This document shows, one piece after another, positions 36,294-47,382 of a stretch of 64,000 bases of DNA (its first letter is position 1; the number at the start of each line of letters is the position of its first letter). The stretch is taken from contig CM030338.1 in assembly GCA_017654855.1 (NCBI GenBank), forward strand, positions 1 to 64,000. The letters are read 5' to 3'. Position numbers and translations under genes: made by a program. The DNA comes from Podospora anserina (lineage: Eukaryota). Under the pieces are notes generated by a model. That model was not told where the DNA came from and made no database searches. It saw nothing but the letters and a program-made list of their open reading frames with translations.

Positions 36294-37574
36294 ATGGCGT
36301 GGCGTCATGTCACTCTCGCGAGGGTGTTGCTCCTCGGCCTAGCAACCCCCTTTGCCAGCGCGGCAGACTCCAAGAAAGACGGCCTTGCATCTGAAGAGAT
36401 TCAGCACAGGACTGTGTACACCGGCAACGCAACCGAACCGGTTCTGTCTTCGCCACCAACTGACAAGTGGTGGAAGTCCAACATCTGTCAAGGGTCTTAC
36501 TGCGTCTACACGAACCTGCGAATTGCGAACCGGCGCGGACTTGTCCTAGTAACAAAGCCAGATGAATACAACAAGGTCGAACGAATCGAAGCGTATCTCG
36601 AAAGGGCGGACAACAAGTGGGAAGACGGCTCTCTTCTTGCCGAGACAGAGATTCTGGAAAAAGGCCTGGGCTTGACGGCAAAGCAGTCCATCAGGCGTGG
36701 AAAGCCACTCAGCTCCTGGTCTCCCGTGCTCCTTGTGCACAAAGATCTTTTTGAAGATGTTGTCAAGAAAAAGGAACGAACGCGCTTGCTGGAAGCAGCG
36801 ATCAACTACCTGCCCGATGACACCCGAGCCGCCTTCAACAGGCAACGCAACCGCCCTGGGCACAACTCCGGCGAGAGTCCTCGTTCGATCGAGGAGATCT
36901 TGTACGCTCACCCCTTCGAAGTGGACCTCGGAGCTGGCTACCGTCAAGAGCATAGCTCCAAGCACTACATCAATTATCCTGAGGTCGCCCTTTTCCAACA
37001 CGATTGCCGACCAAATGTCGCCTTCTACATTGATCAGCACCTGCAACACCGCACGACTGTGGCTCGCAAGGTGGCGGAGGGGGAGGAGCTCTCGATTTCT
37101 TACATTGACCCCTTCTTGCCTCGCAAGGAGAGATCAGACTGGGTCAAGCGATTTCGGGGCAGCAGCAAGCCGTGCCCTTGCGCCGCCTGCACCGGCAACA
37201 ACAAGCCGTCGCAGCTCAAAAAGTCGGATAAGAACCTTGCCGAGATCAACTCGATAAAGGCAGAACTCAAGAACCACGACAGCAAAAAGGTGACGGTTTC
37301 TCTGATTGATCGCTACGTGAAGCTGATGCAGGAGGAGAAGCTGCAGGCCAAGTACGCCGAGGCCTGGGAACTGGCGGCTTTGAATTACAATTATTTGGGG
37401 GAAGACAAGAAGGCAAAGAAGTACGCCGACCTGGCAGTGCAGGCCGGGATTGTCGAAGGAGGAAAAGATAGCAATGATGTGGTGGCCATGAGGGTGTTTG
37501 CAAGCGACGTGAAGGGCCATTACAGTTACCGATACACACTGAAGAGGAGAGGGATCAAGGAGCCTGGGAATTAA
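36294..37574 (+). CDS. SET-domain protein with N-terminal signal peptide
   Basis: KGLGLTA, FQHDCRPN, GEELSISY and post-SET CPCAAC; helical C-terminus; hydrophobic N-terminus ...LLLGLATPFASA. Confidence 0.85.
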   Translation: MAWRHVTLARVLLLGLATPFASAADSKKDGLASEEIQHRTVYTGNATEPVLSSPPTDKWWKSNICQGSYCVYTNLRIANRRGLVLVTKPDEYNKVERIEAYLERADNKWEDGSLLAETEILEKGLGLTAKQSIRRGKPLSSWSPVLLVHKDLFEDVVKKKERTRLLEAAINYLPDDTRAAFNRQRNRPGHNSGESPRSIEEILYAHPFEVDLGAGYRQEHSSKHYINYPEVALFQHDCRPNVAFYIDQHLQHRTTVARKVAEGEELSISYIDPFLPRKERSDWVKRFRGSSKPCPCAACTGNNKPSQLKKSDKNLAEINSIKAELKNHDSKKVTVSLIDRYVKLMQEEKLQAKYAEAWELAALNYNYLGEDKKAKKYADLAVQAGIVEGGKDSNDVVAMRVFASDVKGHYSYRYTLKRRGIKEPGN

Positions 37575-37633
37575 TGTTGGAGATCTGATATTATTTCTTC
37601 ATCAATGTGGAAAGTGAGTTTGATTTGGAAATA

Positions 37634-38927
37634 CTGTGGTGCAGGGGTAAGTTTTGCCTTCTTGTCAAGTACTCGCGCTAGTCAAGGTCCACCCTGACGA
37701 TTGTATTCTACAAAATAATCACCATATCTATAGCTAGTATTTTGTATGCATACCATTCGCTGCAATTACTGCCTCACACCGACTGGGCATCGAATCCAAC
37801 AGCGTTTGAAGGTAAGATTCCGGAAACTCTTGCCAGGCCTCCTCCACGTACCTCTTCAACTTCGCGTACGACGGCTTCTCCTCAAGGCCGTATTTATCCT
37901 CAATATAATCCTTCATCCAATTCCAACAGGATTCAATAGGGTTTAAATCTGGGGAAAAAGGAGGCCAATCAACTACTCTAATCTTCCTATTCTCAAGATC
38001 CTTCTTCGTACCGGCCGCTCGATAGCCAGGTGCGCCGTCCTGCATAAAAGAAAGCTGTAAATGGTGTTGCTCGAAGGTATCGTCAATAAATTCGTGGACG
38101 TTAGGAAGGATATTCTTTCGGTAAAAATACTTATTAATCGATCCCCATTCCTTTTCCCAGAAGATACCAGGGCCTTTAGTTAAGCCGTAAAAGCAGCCCC
38201 AGAACATCTACCCTCTTTTTCTCTAGTACTTTTCAACGATATAAGTAGGGTCCCATTCCTCGTCGATTCGGCGTGTAACATACTGCTTACGGTAAGGACC
38301 ACCAACTACCCAGGTTTCGTCACTCCAAAGGATTGTACGCCATTGTTCGAGAGTCCAGTCTTTATGTTCTATAGCCCAGGCCAGTCGCTTTTGCTGGTTG
38401 GCTTCTGAAATAGGAGGCTTCTTCCGAGCAACTCGACGGCGAAATCCGTGGCGGTAAAGGGCGTTGCGAATCGTAATCCAGTTAAGAAGGGAGTTAAAAA
38501 GGGTAATAGAAAGCTCCAGGAAGCTCATCCGACGGTATGCCTTTAATTCACACACATACCGAATAAGCTCGAGCTCTTGATCGGCCGTAATAACGCGTGG
38601 TCGGCCAGATCGTGGGGCGACCTCGGCCGCCGGGGCTCGTATCGCATAGCGGATTTGGTATTTCGTATAACCAGTGGTTTCTTGAATTCGGGGTTGGCTA
38701 AGGTGGCCGTCGAAATAAAGGGTACGAATTCGTTGACGCTCTTCAGTAGTAAGGTGGCGATTGGGAGCCATTGTGGTGCTGGCTGGCTGGCTAAGTGGTG
38801 TTGAAAGGTGGAAAATACTGGTCTGGAGGAAATTGCGGTAGAATTTTGGCCGAAGTTGGCCTAGCCAAAAAAACATGGCCCTGGGCGGTACTTGACAAGG
38901 GGGCAAAACTTTTGTACGTAACCACAG
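37634..38927 (-). mobile_element. Tc1/mariner impala-like DNA transposon (1294 bp)
   Basis: Imperfect ~40-bp TIRs CTGTGGT...AAGTTTTGCC..CTTGTCAAGTAC; TA TSD at 37632-37633 and 38928-38929. Confidence 0.92.
37734..38771 (-). pseudogene. DD34E Tc1 transposase with two in-frame stops
   Basis: MAPNRHLTTEERQRI, WSDET, QD-x34-E (QDGAPG...SPDLNPIE). TAG stops at ~38223 and ~38208 are consistent with CAG>TAG and TGG>TAG. Confidence 0.9.
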
Positions 38928-40236
38928 TACATGGTAAAATGTTGTTTATCCTTACAAGACATTTGAACCGTTCATATCTGCACACCTCTTCCGAAGCTGA
39001 AGGTCGACTGTAGTAATGAAGGCAATACTGTAGTAAGATGACCAAGTTTGTGAGACAAGGCTGGACCTTGTGATCTTCTAGCTGCCACAAAGGGGTGTCT
39101 ACCTGTTCTCATGACACATTCAAGCACACCACTCTCGTAGGGACGTCTTCCTGGAAGGCAGGGTCGAGACCGTCATACGCAGCGAGTTTACCCTGTGGTC
39201 TGTGACAAACAATTCGTTTGCTATGTTCGACATGGATATGTCTAGGGGGAATAGAAAGTGCCACAGCCTGAGGCAGTTTCTGCTGCGCCAGTCAATGATG
39301 ACATACACAGGAGTCCTCCTGGTGAGAGGCTTGGCAAGATAGCATTTGCGATTGCCCTTGCTCTTTTCACTAACAGTGGGCCTTGCCGTTACATCGTAAA
39401 GGAGGACGGAATTAGTGATGACTGTTGGGTTGCTGTGCCGCTTGGTCGCGTCGACTGTGCGAGGCAACCCAAAGCTGGCCACCTCTTGCGGCCGATGAGG
39501 AGTCTTGCCCTATCAAGTTGAGAATGCTGAAGCTCAGAGACCTCCTCTGGAAGCCCGCACCGCCTTCGCCCTCCTCAAAGTCGAGACGCCGCGTCATGCT
39601 GGATGCACATAGGACACCGGATGGTCGTGTATGGCGTGTAAGGGACAGCCAACTGTTCAGTGCTCATTCTCCAGGCCAGGTTCTCGATTGAGCCTGGAAC
39701 AGGCACTTTGGCACCCGACTCTACGGAGACGAGCATAGTTTTCGTTCAGCTGCCCGTTGTCTTTACATCCCGGTTCCCGAACAATGACCCGAGAGCTTGC
39801 CGCAGCAGCTCGCAGACCAGAGTTGTGGGGTTTGGTGTCTGAATGGGCGTCTCTCGCGTCTCAAGAGAGAGTGCTTCGCCTCGCACCCACCATAAGCGCT
39901 ACGACACACCAAGCACCCGCCGAGCCTTATAGAGGAAATGCTACTGCATTTGTGGCTGTCCGCAGCAGCAACCCCCTGCAAGGCACCCGTCAAATGCACA
40001 ACACTCAACCGCCATCGTGCATGTCCACCCCTGGGACACACGCAGGGCTGCCTCAGTGCCGCCGCTGGTTATAAGATGCGGCTACAAGCCAAACTTAAAC
40101 AGGCTCTCACAAGACATCACAACATCTAACACGCCTAAGGACCAATCTAGTTTAACATTTGCGTTTCGACCAGGTTTTCGCAACTCAGACGGTTTGTCAA
40201 CAGTCACTCCCAGAATCGAAGCCCGAATCGCCTCTC

Positions 40237-41346
40237 ATGAGCCCTTCCGACACTTCCTACAACTACTACTCCGACGCCAGCACTGGGGCCTATTCCGAAT
40301 CCGATCCTCGCAACTGCCTCATCTCTGGCTGCCGTCGCAAGCATGCCTTTGCCCGTGTGGATGGACGCAAGATCTACTCCGAGTTTTGCAACGTCCACAC
40401 CTGCGAGCGAACCTTTCCCCTTTCCAAGGGTCTCCACTGCCCTAACCCCAAAAGGGAGCATGAGCGTTTCTGCTCTGTCGATTTGAGCTGCGGCCACCCT
40501 GACTGTTCGCAGACGGGCTCCTATTCATCGTCAGCAGAATGGACGCAGTACTTTTGCCCCCGTCACCGCTGCACCATGCGGGGGTGTCTTGCTGGATCGA
40601 CCAATAAGAAGCAGCAGCAGAGATGCGACCTTCACATCTTGACCTGCAACGTGCCGCGGTGCGAGAGACCATGCTATGAGAACCGAGACGGGACCCTCGA
40701 CATTGTGTGCGCAGCCCACTACGGCAGCTTCAACTGCGCCTGGGCCGGGTGCGCGCGGAGGAAACCTGGATACGACACCAAGTACTGTCTAGAACACAAG
40801 TGCGCGTTCGGGGAATGCTCGCGCGGCAGGGAAAGAGACGCAAAGTGGTGCAAGGAGCACAAATGTGCCATCTCGTCCTGTGATCGAGGGGTCAGGGAGA
40901 ACGGGGGGGTCATGTGCAAGGATCACGAGTGCAACAGTTCCCGATGCAGACTCCCAAGGATGACCGGGGCTGACTTTTGCACCGATCATGGATGCAAGGG
41001 GAAGAACTGCCGCTTTGAAGCGCGGTTTCCGGGAGGCTATTGCGAGGAGAGGCATGCTTGCATCGTGGGCATGTGCTCAAACCCCAGGTCAACCGTCATG
41101 AGCTCGACGCTGGGCATCTTCACAGACCGCTGTGTAGAGCATGATCGGCTGAACCGGGTGGGGAGGAGGCTGTCGACAAATGACATGCCCGAGAGAGAGC
41201 GGTGGGAGGGGCGCAGACATCGGTATTCTGACGACATCGAGTCGATGAGACGGAGGGAATTGGAAAGGTTACAGAAAGAGCAGAGAGAGCGCGAGGAGAG
41301 AGAGACACATGGACCATATGCATACTCGGGCTGGGATCGGCGATGA
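40237..41346 (+). CDS. Cys/His-rich repeat protein (C-x4-C-x8-15-C-x2-H units) with charged C-terminus
   Basis: About 10 repeats such as FCPRHRCTMRGC, YCLEHKCAFGEC, WCKEHKCAISSC and FCTDHGCKGKNC; no signal peptide; intronless. Confidence 0.8.
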   Translation: MSPSDTSYNYYSDASTGAYSESDPRNCLISGCRRKHAFARVDGRKIYSEFCNVHTCERTFPLSKGLHCPNPKREHERFCSVDLSCGHPDCSQTGSYSSSAEWTQYFCPRHRCTMRGCLAGSTNKKQQQRCDLHILTCNVPRCERPCYENRDGTLDIVCAAHYGSFNCAWAGCARRKPGYDTKYCLEHKCAFGECSRGRERDAKWCKEHKCAISSCDRGVRENGGVMCKDHECNSSRCRLPRMTGADFCTDHGCKGKNCRFEARFPGGYCEERHACIVGMCSNPRSTVMSSTLGIFTDRCVEHDRLNRVGRRLSTNDMPERERWEGRRHRYSDDIESMRRRELERLQKEQREREERETHGPYAYSGWDRR

Positions 41347-41726
41347 ATAACTTGGAGGGGAATCGGCAACGAATGGTTATATTTTTAGTGTCTGAATGCA
41401 TTAGAATGGGGCATGAAAGGATGATACCCGGAAATAGTTGATACCTTGGGAGTTGGGATCTGAATATACAGTCTTGTTGCTTTGTAACTGTTGATGCCTT
41501 TGCTTTTTGGTCTGTGATGCTGCAGCTTCCAGGTTGTCGGGTATCGATCCCGCCTTTTTGCTCATCCGACGTCATCTCCCCCACAAACCACCTAATCGAT
41601 AAGGGAGACAGGGGTTTCCTTTCGGGTTGGGCGCCCTTTGTGTCCACGGGTGTCAGCTGCGCCTCGGAAGGGTCCAGGTCCCTGCTTGCGTTGTCAGCGC
41701 AGCAACATGCAATATCAGTGACACAC

Positions 41727-41768
41727 CCACAACACCACAACACCACAACACGACAACACCACAACACC
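41727..41768. repeat. 8-bp tandem repeat (CCACAACA) x5
   Basis: Directly visible, ~130 bp upstream of the aminopeptidase ATG. Confidence 0.8.
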
Positions 41769-41893
41769 GACCTCAACGTCAGTTTCTCTGCGCGAAGCTC
41801 CTGCAGCTTCTCGCACCGCTTTATCCTCCTCAAACCGGCACGTTTCCTTCCCAGGCCCGCCATATACATCATTCCGACTCAAATACCGCAGCA

Positions 41894-43501
41894 ATGCCTA
41901 GACTAAAGGCAATTGCCCTCCACGGACTGGCGGCCGCCGTAGGCGTGTCCGCCTTTGCTGTGCAGCAAAAACCAATCCTTCATGACCAGCAAGCCCAGGC
42001 GCCTATTGGCACCCACGGCGACAAGCCACTCGTCGATTCGGAAGCTCTCCAAGACACCATCAAAGCCGACAACCTTCTCGCCCGCGCCAAACACCTCTAC
42101 AAGATCGCCAAGCTGTCCGAGGACAAGTTCGGCCGTCCCACGCGTGTTATCGGAAGTCCGGGCCACGAAGGCACCATCAAGTACATACAGAAAGCCCTCA
42201 ATGCCGTCAGCGACTACTACACATTTGGTCTGCAGCCTTTCTCCGCCGTGTCGGGAACCGTCTTCGAGAGCCGTCTGACCATCGACGACAAGCTGCCTTT
42301 CACCGCCTATCCTATGAGCCTGACGCCCCCGACTAAGAATAAGGAACCGGTGGACGGGAACCTGGTGCTCGTCTCGAACGAAGGCTGCAACGAAGAGGAC
42401 TACCCCGAGGCTGTCTCAGGCAACATCGCTTTCATCAAGCGCGGTGTTTGCCCCTTTGGCACAAAGTCAGAGCTTGCTGGCAAGGCAGGCGCCATCGCTG
42501 CTGTGGTCTACAACTACGAAGACGCGCCTGTGGGAGGCACCCTCGGCACCCCGTCCAAAAACCACGTTGCTACCTTTGGCTTGTCTGGCAGGGAGGCCCG
42601 TCCCTACGTCGAGAGACTCGAGACGGGTAAGACGATCGCCGCCACCGCTTATATTGACGCCGTCGTGAACCAGATCGTGACCAACAACATCATTGCCCAA
42701 ACAAAAGGAGGAGATCAAGAAAACTGCGTCATGCTTGGAGGCCACAGTGATTCTGTTGGGGAGGGCCCCGGCATCAATGATGACGGATCAGGAAGCCTGG
42801 CTCTGTTGGAGGTTGCTTTGAACCTGGCCAACTTCTCTGTCAACAACTGCGTGCGTTTTGCATGGTGGTCTGCCGAAGAGGAAGGCTTGCTGGGTTCTGA
42901 TCACTACGTTAGTGTCTTGGCTCCCGAGGAGAACAAGAAGATCCGTCTGTTCATGGACTATGATATGCTGGCCAGCCCCAACTTTGCATACCAAGTCTAC
43001 GATGCTCGAGACGCGGTCAATCCAGTTGGCTCGCAAGCGCTTCGCGACCTGTACGTCGACTGGTACACCAAGCACGGACTCAACTACACCTTTATCCCCT
43101 TCGATGGACGCAGTGATTATGATGGTTTCATCCGGCACGGTATCCCCGCGGGTGGTATTGCTACCGGCGCTGAGGGCATCAAATCCAGGGCCGAGGCCCA
43201 GATGTTTGGCGGCGAGTATGGTGTTCCATACGATGTCTGCTATCATGAGCTCTGTGATGATATCCAGAATCTGAACCTCACAGCTTGGGAGATCAACACC
43301 AAGGTATGTATTGACCCACAACAACGAAAAGATGACACATGTATTAATGCTCGGCTTTAGTTGGTTGCCCACTCGGTTGCAACATTTGCTACTTCTTTTG
43401 ATGGCTTCCCCAAGAGAACGCTTGACGAGGAGCAGTTGTTCGCTACCACAAACATGTATCGCGAGCAGACGAAGTATCATGGTGACAAGCTTTTTGTCTG
43501 A
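41894..43501 (+). CDS. Aminopeptidase Y-like M28A peptidase (PA domain)
   Basis: Signal peptide; GGHSDSV, GINDDGSG, WSAEEEGLLGS, DYDMLAS, RSDY and CYH motifs; intron 43304-43360. Confidence 0.93.
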
Positions 43502-45650
43502 GCTCATTTCTTTCGCACCCTTTCCTAGGTAGGTAATTAATGCGTAAGAGGAGTTTCTACAGGAGAAGGCATACAATACAATGGCATAATCTTAGTAAAT
43601 AACATTAAATTTAATAGAGTGAGACTGCATTACTTGTCATATTCACCGCCTGTTTTTGATCCGGCTGCTTTGTGCTAACAGCTATGCGATCCAGAACCTG
43701 GATGGTCAGATGGAGACAAAGTTAGGCCGATAGTTGGGACTTGGACATACACTCCTGAGCCTAAATGAGAAGGTATGTAGACGAGTACTGCAGATCATGG
43801 AAGAAACCGGTAGACAACACAGATGGGTGTTCTGTGGTGAAACAGTACCAGCGCGCCAGTCAACTGGACCTCCCAAAACAGGGTCTCAGCACCGAAGCGT
43901 TGGCCCGGTGGTTCGGCAAGTGTCCACCCCCCAAAAGCTGTCAAATAACAGGAAACGACGCGAATCTTAGGCGTAAGACATCGATATCGGACGGTTCCAC
44001 CCGAAGTTCCCCCTCACTCCCACCCTCCCTTCGGTAACGGTAACAGGGTACGGTCTCGAAGGAGGGTTTTGCAGACTGTCGCCAAGGCCAAGGCACGATA
44101 TTCACCATGCAAGTCAACTAAAGAGCGCTGAGGCCATGCCACAAGAGGCGTAGCTGGAATCAATCGACGTTGAACAGGTGCTAAGCAGGTTGGTCATTGG
44201 AGCTAGTCATCACGATCAATGGCGATGGGTTATCTCGCCAGGTGCTCTCGTTCAGCAGAGAGATAGGATAAGAGAATGCGGGGAGGGTAGGCGACTTAAG
44301 ATTGGGGTCATGCAGCACCTGGCGATGGTCCCTGCGCCCTGCATGAGATATCAACACATGCCAGAACCTTTCACCGGCATTAGGACCAATGGAGGACAGC
44401 TGTTGCCCAATCGATACGCCACAACCTTTTAAACCCCCCACGCTCCCGTCCCCAAGCTTCAAGACACTGTCGACTCGTGGCACACTCTGGGCTGAAATCG
44501 ATACCACAAGACGGTCAAGGCATCAGAACCCTCTCAGTCAGCCAGTTCAAGATACTAGCCAGACTTGTTAGGAGTTTTTGAAGGCCTTGCTTCTATTCCA
44601 TCTTTCCCCGCCGTATGATTCCCCGGTTTTACCTTCTGGTCGGGTTTATGCCCCCAGCTGCATGCCAGTCCAATATCTGCAGGGCACTTGGGTTGCATCT
44701 CATCTCTATCGGTGCATGGGAATTGCCAACCTCGCATTGGTCGGACTGCTACAGCAGAGTCAACATCCTCCCGCACCAGCTGCGGGAGCTTCAAGGGAGT
44801 AGCCGAGTAGAACATTCCTCTTGGCTTCGAAATCCAGTCCATCCATCCTGAATCCCCCAGAATCCCATGTTTAGCTCTCCAGGTGATTCCTGTGCACTTC
44901 CTGGAACCCCACATTCCACCTCTCAATTGCCGGTAAAGCAATAGGTGTGTAACTCTCAGCATTGCAAAATCATATTACACTTGACACATGTTTACATATA
45001 ACACAAGGGCCAAACTAAGTACCAAACGGTGCCTACCGCACCACGCGACAAACACCTCCCCAGTTCCGTCAGACGGGCATTGTTGTGTCCGACTCTCAAA
45101 GATATCAGGTTGCGCCTACATGCCACACTCAAACCACTTGGCAAGCAGCAGATAACAATGACAACCCACTGTAACAAGCCGCAAGAGATATTCTATGCAT
45201 GTCAAGTCGGCCTCCAAACTGGTCTCATTGATAAGGTCCAAGTACACCCCGCGCCTGTGGTGAACCTTTTGGGCCGCCTTGTCCTGCCAAGAGATGTTTG
45301 GCGATTTTCAGATTGACCAGAGATCTACATGTCAATGTCAGGATGATCCGAGTGAGCTCTTTGTACCTGCCCCTTGCAGATGTATCTGGAGTTGACAACC
45401 CCCCATCACAGACAAGCTACCACTGCAGCCAAGGATACTTGCAGGTAGGATGGTGGGGATGTGGGAAAGAAAACATCTCACACCAAAGGCCACACCCTCA
45501 ACCCTCTCTGCGTGAGTGGACGGATAAGCCTCGGTGTGCCTGACGGGGTGAATCGTCAGATACAGGAGGAGCTTTTCAGAGACCATGCAACTTGCCCCTG
45601 TGTGGATGATGGCCCTCCTCGCTTTGCCCTGGCAGGCTGGTGATTAAGGG

Positions 45651-45658
45651 TATATAAG
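45651..45658 (+). promoter_or_regulatory. Putative TATA box
   Basis: TATATAAG ~90 bp upstream of the ATG at 45743, followed by a pyrimidine-rich leader. Confidence 0.45.
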
Positions 45659-45742
45659 AACAACCCTTTCTCCCTCTCCCCACCCATCAAACCTGCTCTA
45701 AAACCCCATCCTCCAGTATTTGTCCTAATCCCACCACCCAAC

Positions 45743-46668
45743 ATGCAGATCAAGTCGCTCGCCCTCTTTGCCACCGCCGCCTTGGCCGCTGTCAATGAGC
45801 CCTGTGTTGGTTCTGGCGGAAGAGCTGGTATGTTCCGAGTCCTCAGTTGCCACACTGCGAAGGAGTGTAACCCAGCCCCCATACCCCTAAATACTGACAT
45901 CATGAAGGCGTCTGCGTCACCACGTCGACTTGCTCATCATCTGGCGGCATTACCATTGATGGAGCGTGCCCGTCTGATGCTTCCAATGTCAAGTGCTGCA
46001 CCAAGGCTTCGTGCCCCAACGGTTCCGCTGGCAACTGTCGTTGGGCATCGGACTGCGCAGGGAGCACACTGACTGGTCTTTGCCCGGGACCTGCGCAGAT
46101 GAGATGCTGCTCTTCTTCTGCCACCGGCTTCGGAGGGTATTCTGCCCCAGCTATCCCCGCCGTCGGGGCCTGCAAGGCCGTGGCTGTTGAGGGTGCCAAG
46201 AAGGTTGTCGCTGCCTTCCCCGGCAGAGTCAGACAGATTTACTGCACCCGGGCTTGCGCCTGTCCCGGTACTTCGGATCACTGCTGCGGCAAGGCGATCG
46301 ATTACATGTGCTCTGATGCTGGTGGTGTAAGTGCCCCTCTGAGACTTTGGCTTCGATGTTGAGCTTGCACTGACCTGAGACTCCCCGGTAGGTTCCCACC
46401 ATGTCCGGCCGCCAGCTCGCTGAGTGGGCCATGAACAACCGTGCCAGCTTGAACCTCAAGTATATCATCTGGGGCCAGCGCATCTGGAGTCCTAGTGATG
46501 GTGTCAAGGCCTGGACCAGCTGGCGCGCCATGGAGGATCGTGGAGATGTCACCCAAAACCACTGGTAAGCATCAAAGTTCACTAGCCCGGGAGCCAAGTA
46601 TCAATGGCAAGCAAGGACGAGGATCTAATATAGGATACAGGGACCACGTTCACATCAGCTTCAACTAG
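45743..46668 (+). CDS. Secreted Cys-rich protein with C-terminal LAS-type (HxxxxxxD...HxH) Zn-peptidase-like domain
   Basis: Four exons (introns 45828-45907, 46327-46391, 46565-46640). Signal peptide, two Cys repeats (GACPSDASNVKCC, GLCPGPAQMRCC), SDHCCGKAIDYM, LKYIIWGQRIW and C-terminal TQNHWDHVHISFN*. Confidence 0.85.
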
Positions 46669-47382
46669 GCGGTTTTCGGTCGAGTACAGTCAAATCGCAT
46701 GACTCTTTGATATCTTTGTACCTAGCTGTCCCCATACAACAACCACCGCCCTCTTAGCATCAAGACCTATGGCGTGCTAATTCAGACTTTATACATGTTC
46801 TCGTCACAATCACACTGGCTGTTCGATGCATGCGGTTTGTGAAAAGGAGGTGGGGTCAACATGCAATCATCTAGGACCACCAATAGTCGCGCCACGGCCA
46901 TGCAGCCGGCGCCTAATCACAAATAAAAAGCTGATTCGTATGCCGTTTCTGAGTGAAGGCTGCGACGCTAACCTCGACGAACACCATCTCCCCATCGATA
47001 TCGATACCGGACCAGGTCCCAGTAGCATGGGGGCCTATCACGGGATTTGGGAGTTACACAGAGTCTTTCCACTTCCGGTCGGTACTACAGCTGCCAGCGA
47101 ACAGATGATGTAAATACCCCGCCTCTCTTCCTGAATACCGTTAGGTCCCAAGAAACTAGGCTCGGTCCGCTTTAGTTCTTACAGCACAACGTGTGTTGAT
47201 CATCACCGCCCCTGTCCAACCTGTCCTTGAACTTGTCAACTTGTCAGGCTGTCGACCTATCGACGTTGTGGATATCCCAGCCCGCCAGTTTGAATAAATC
47301 TCACGATCCCCTCTCGAAATCCAGGATGGACCTCACTGATCACCCACAATCATCCAGCAAGCCAACAGGCACTGCCAACAAG

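Noticed and set aside
39120-40130. Several short overlapping ORFs
   Set aside because: No recognisable motif, consistent frame or exon structure.
43700-45650. Short ORFs in a 2-kb intergenic region
   Set aside because: No coding signal or motif I can support.
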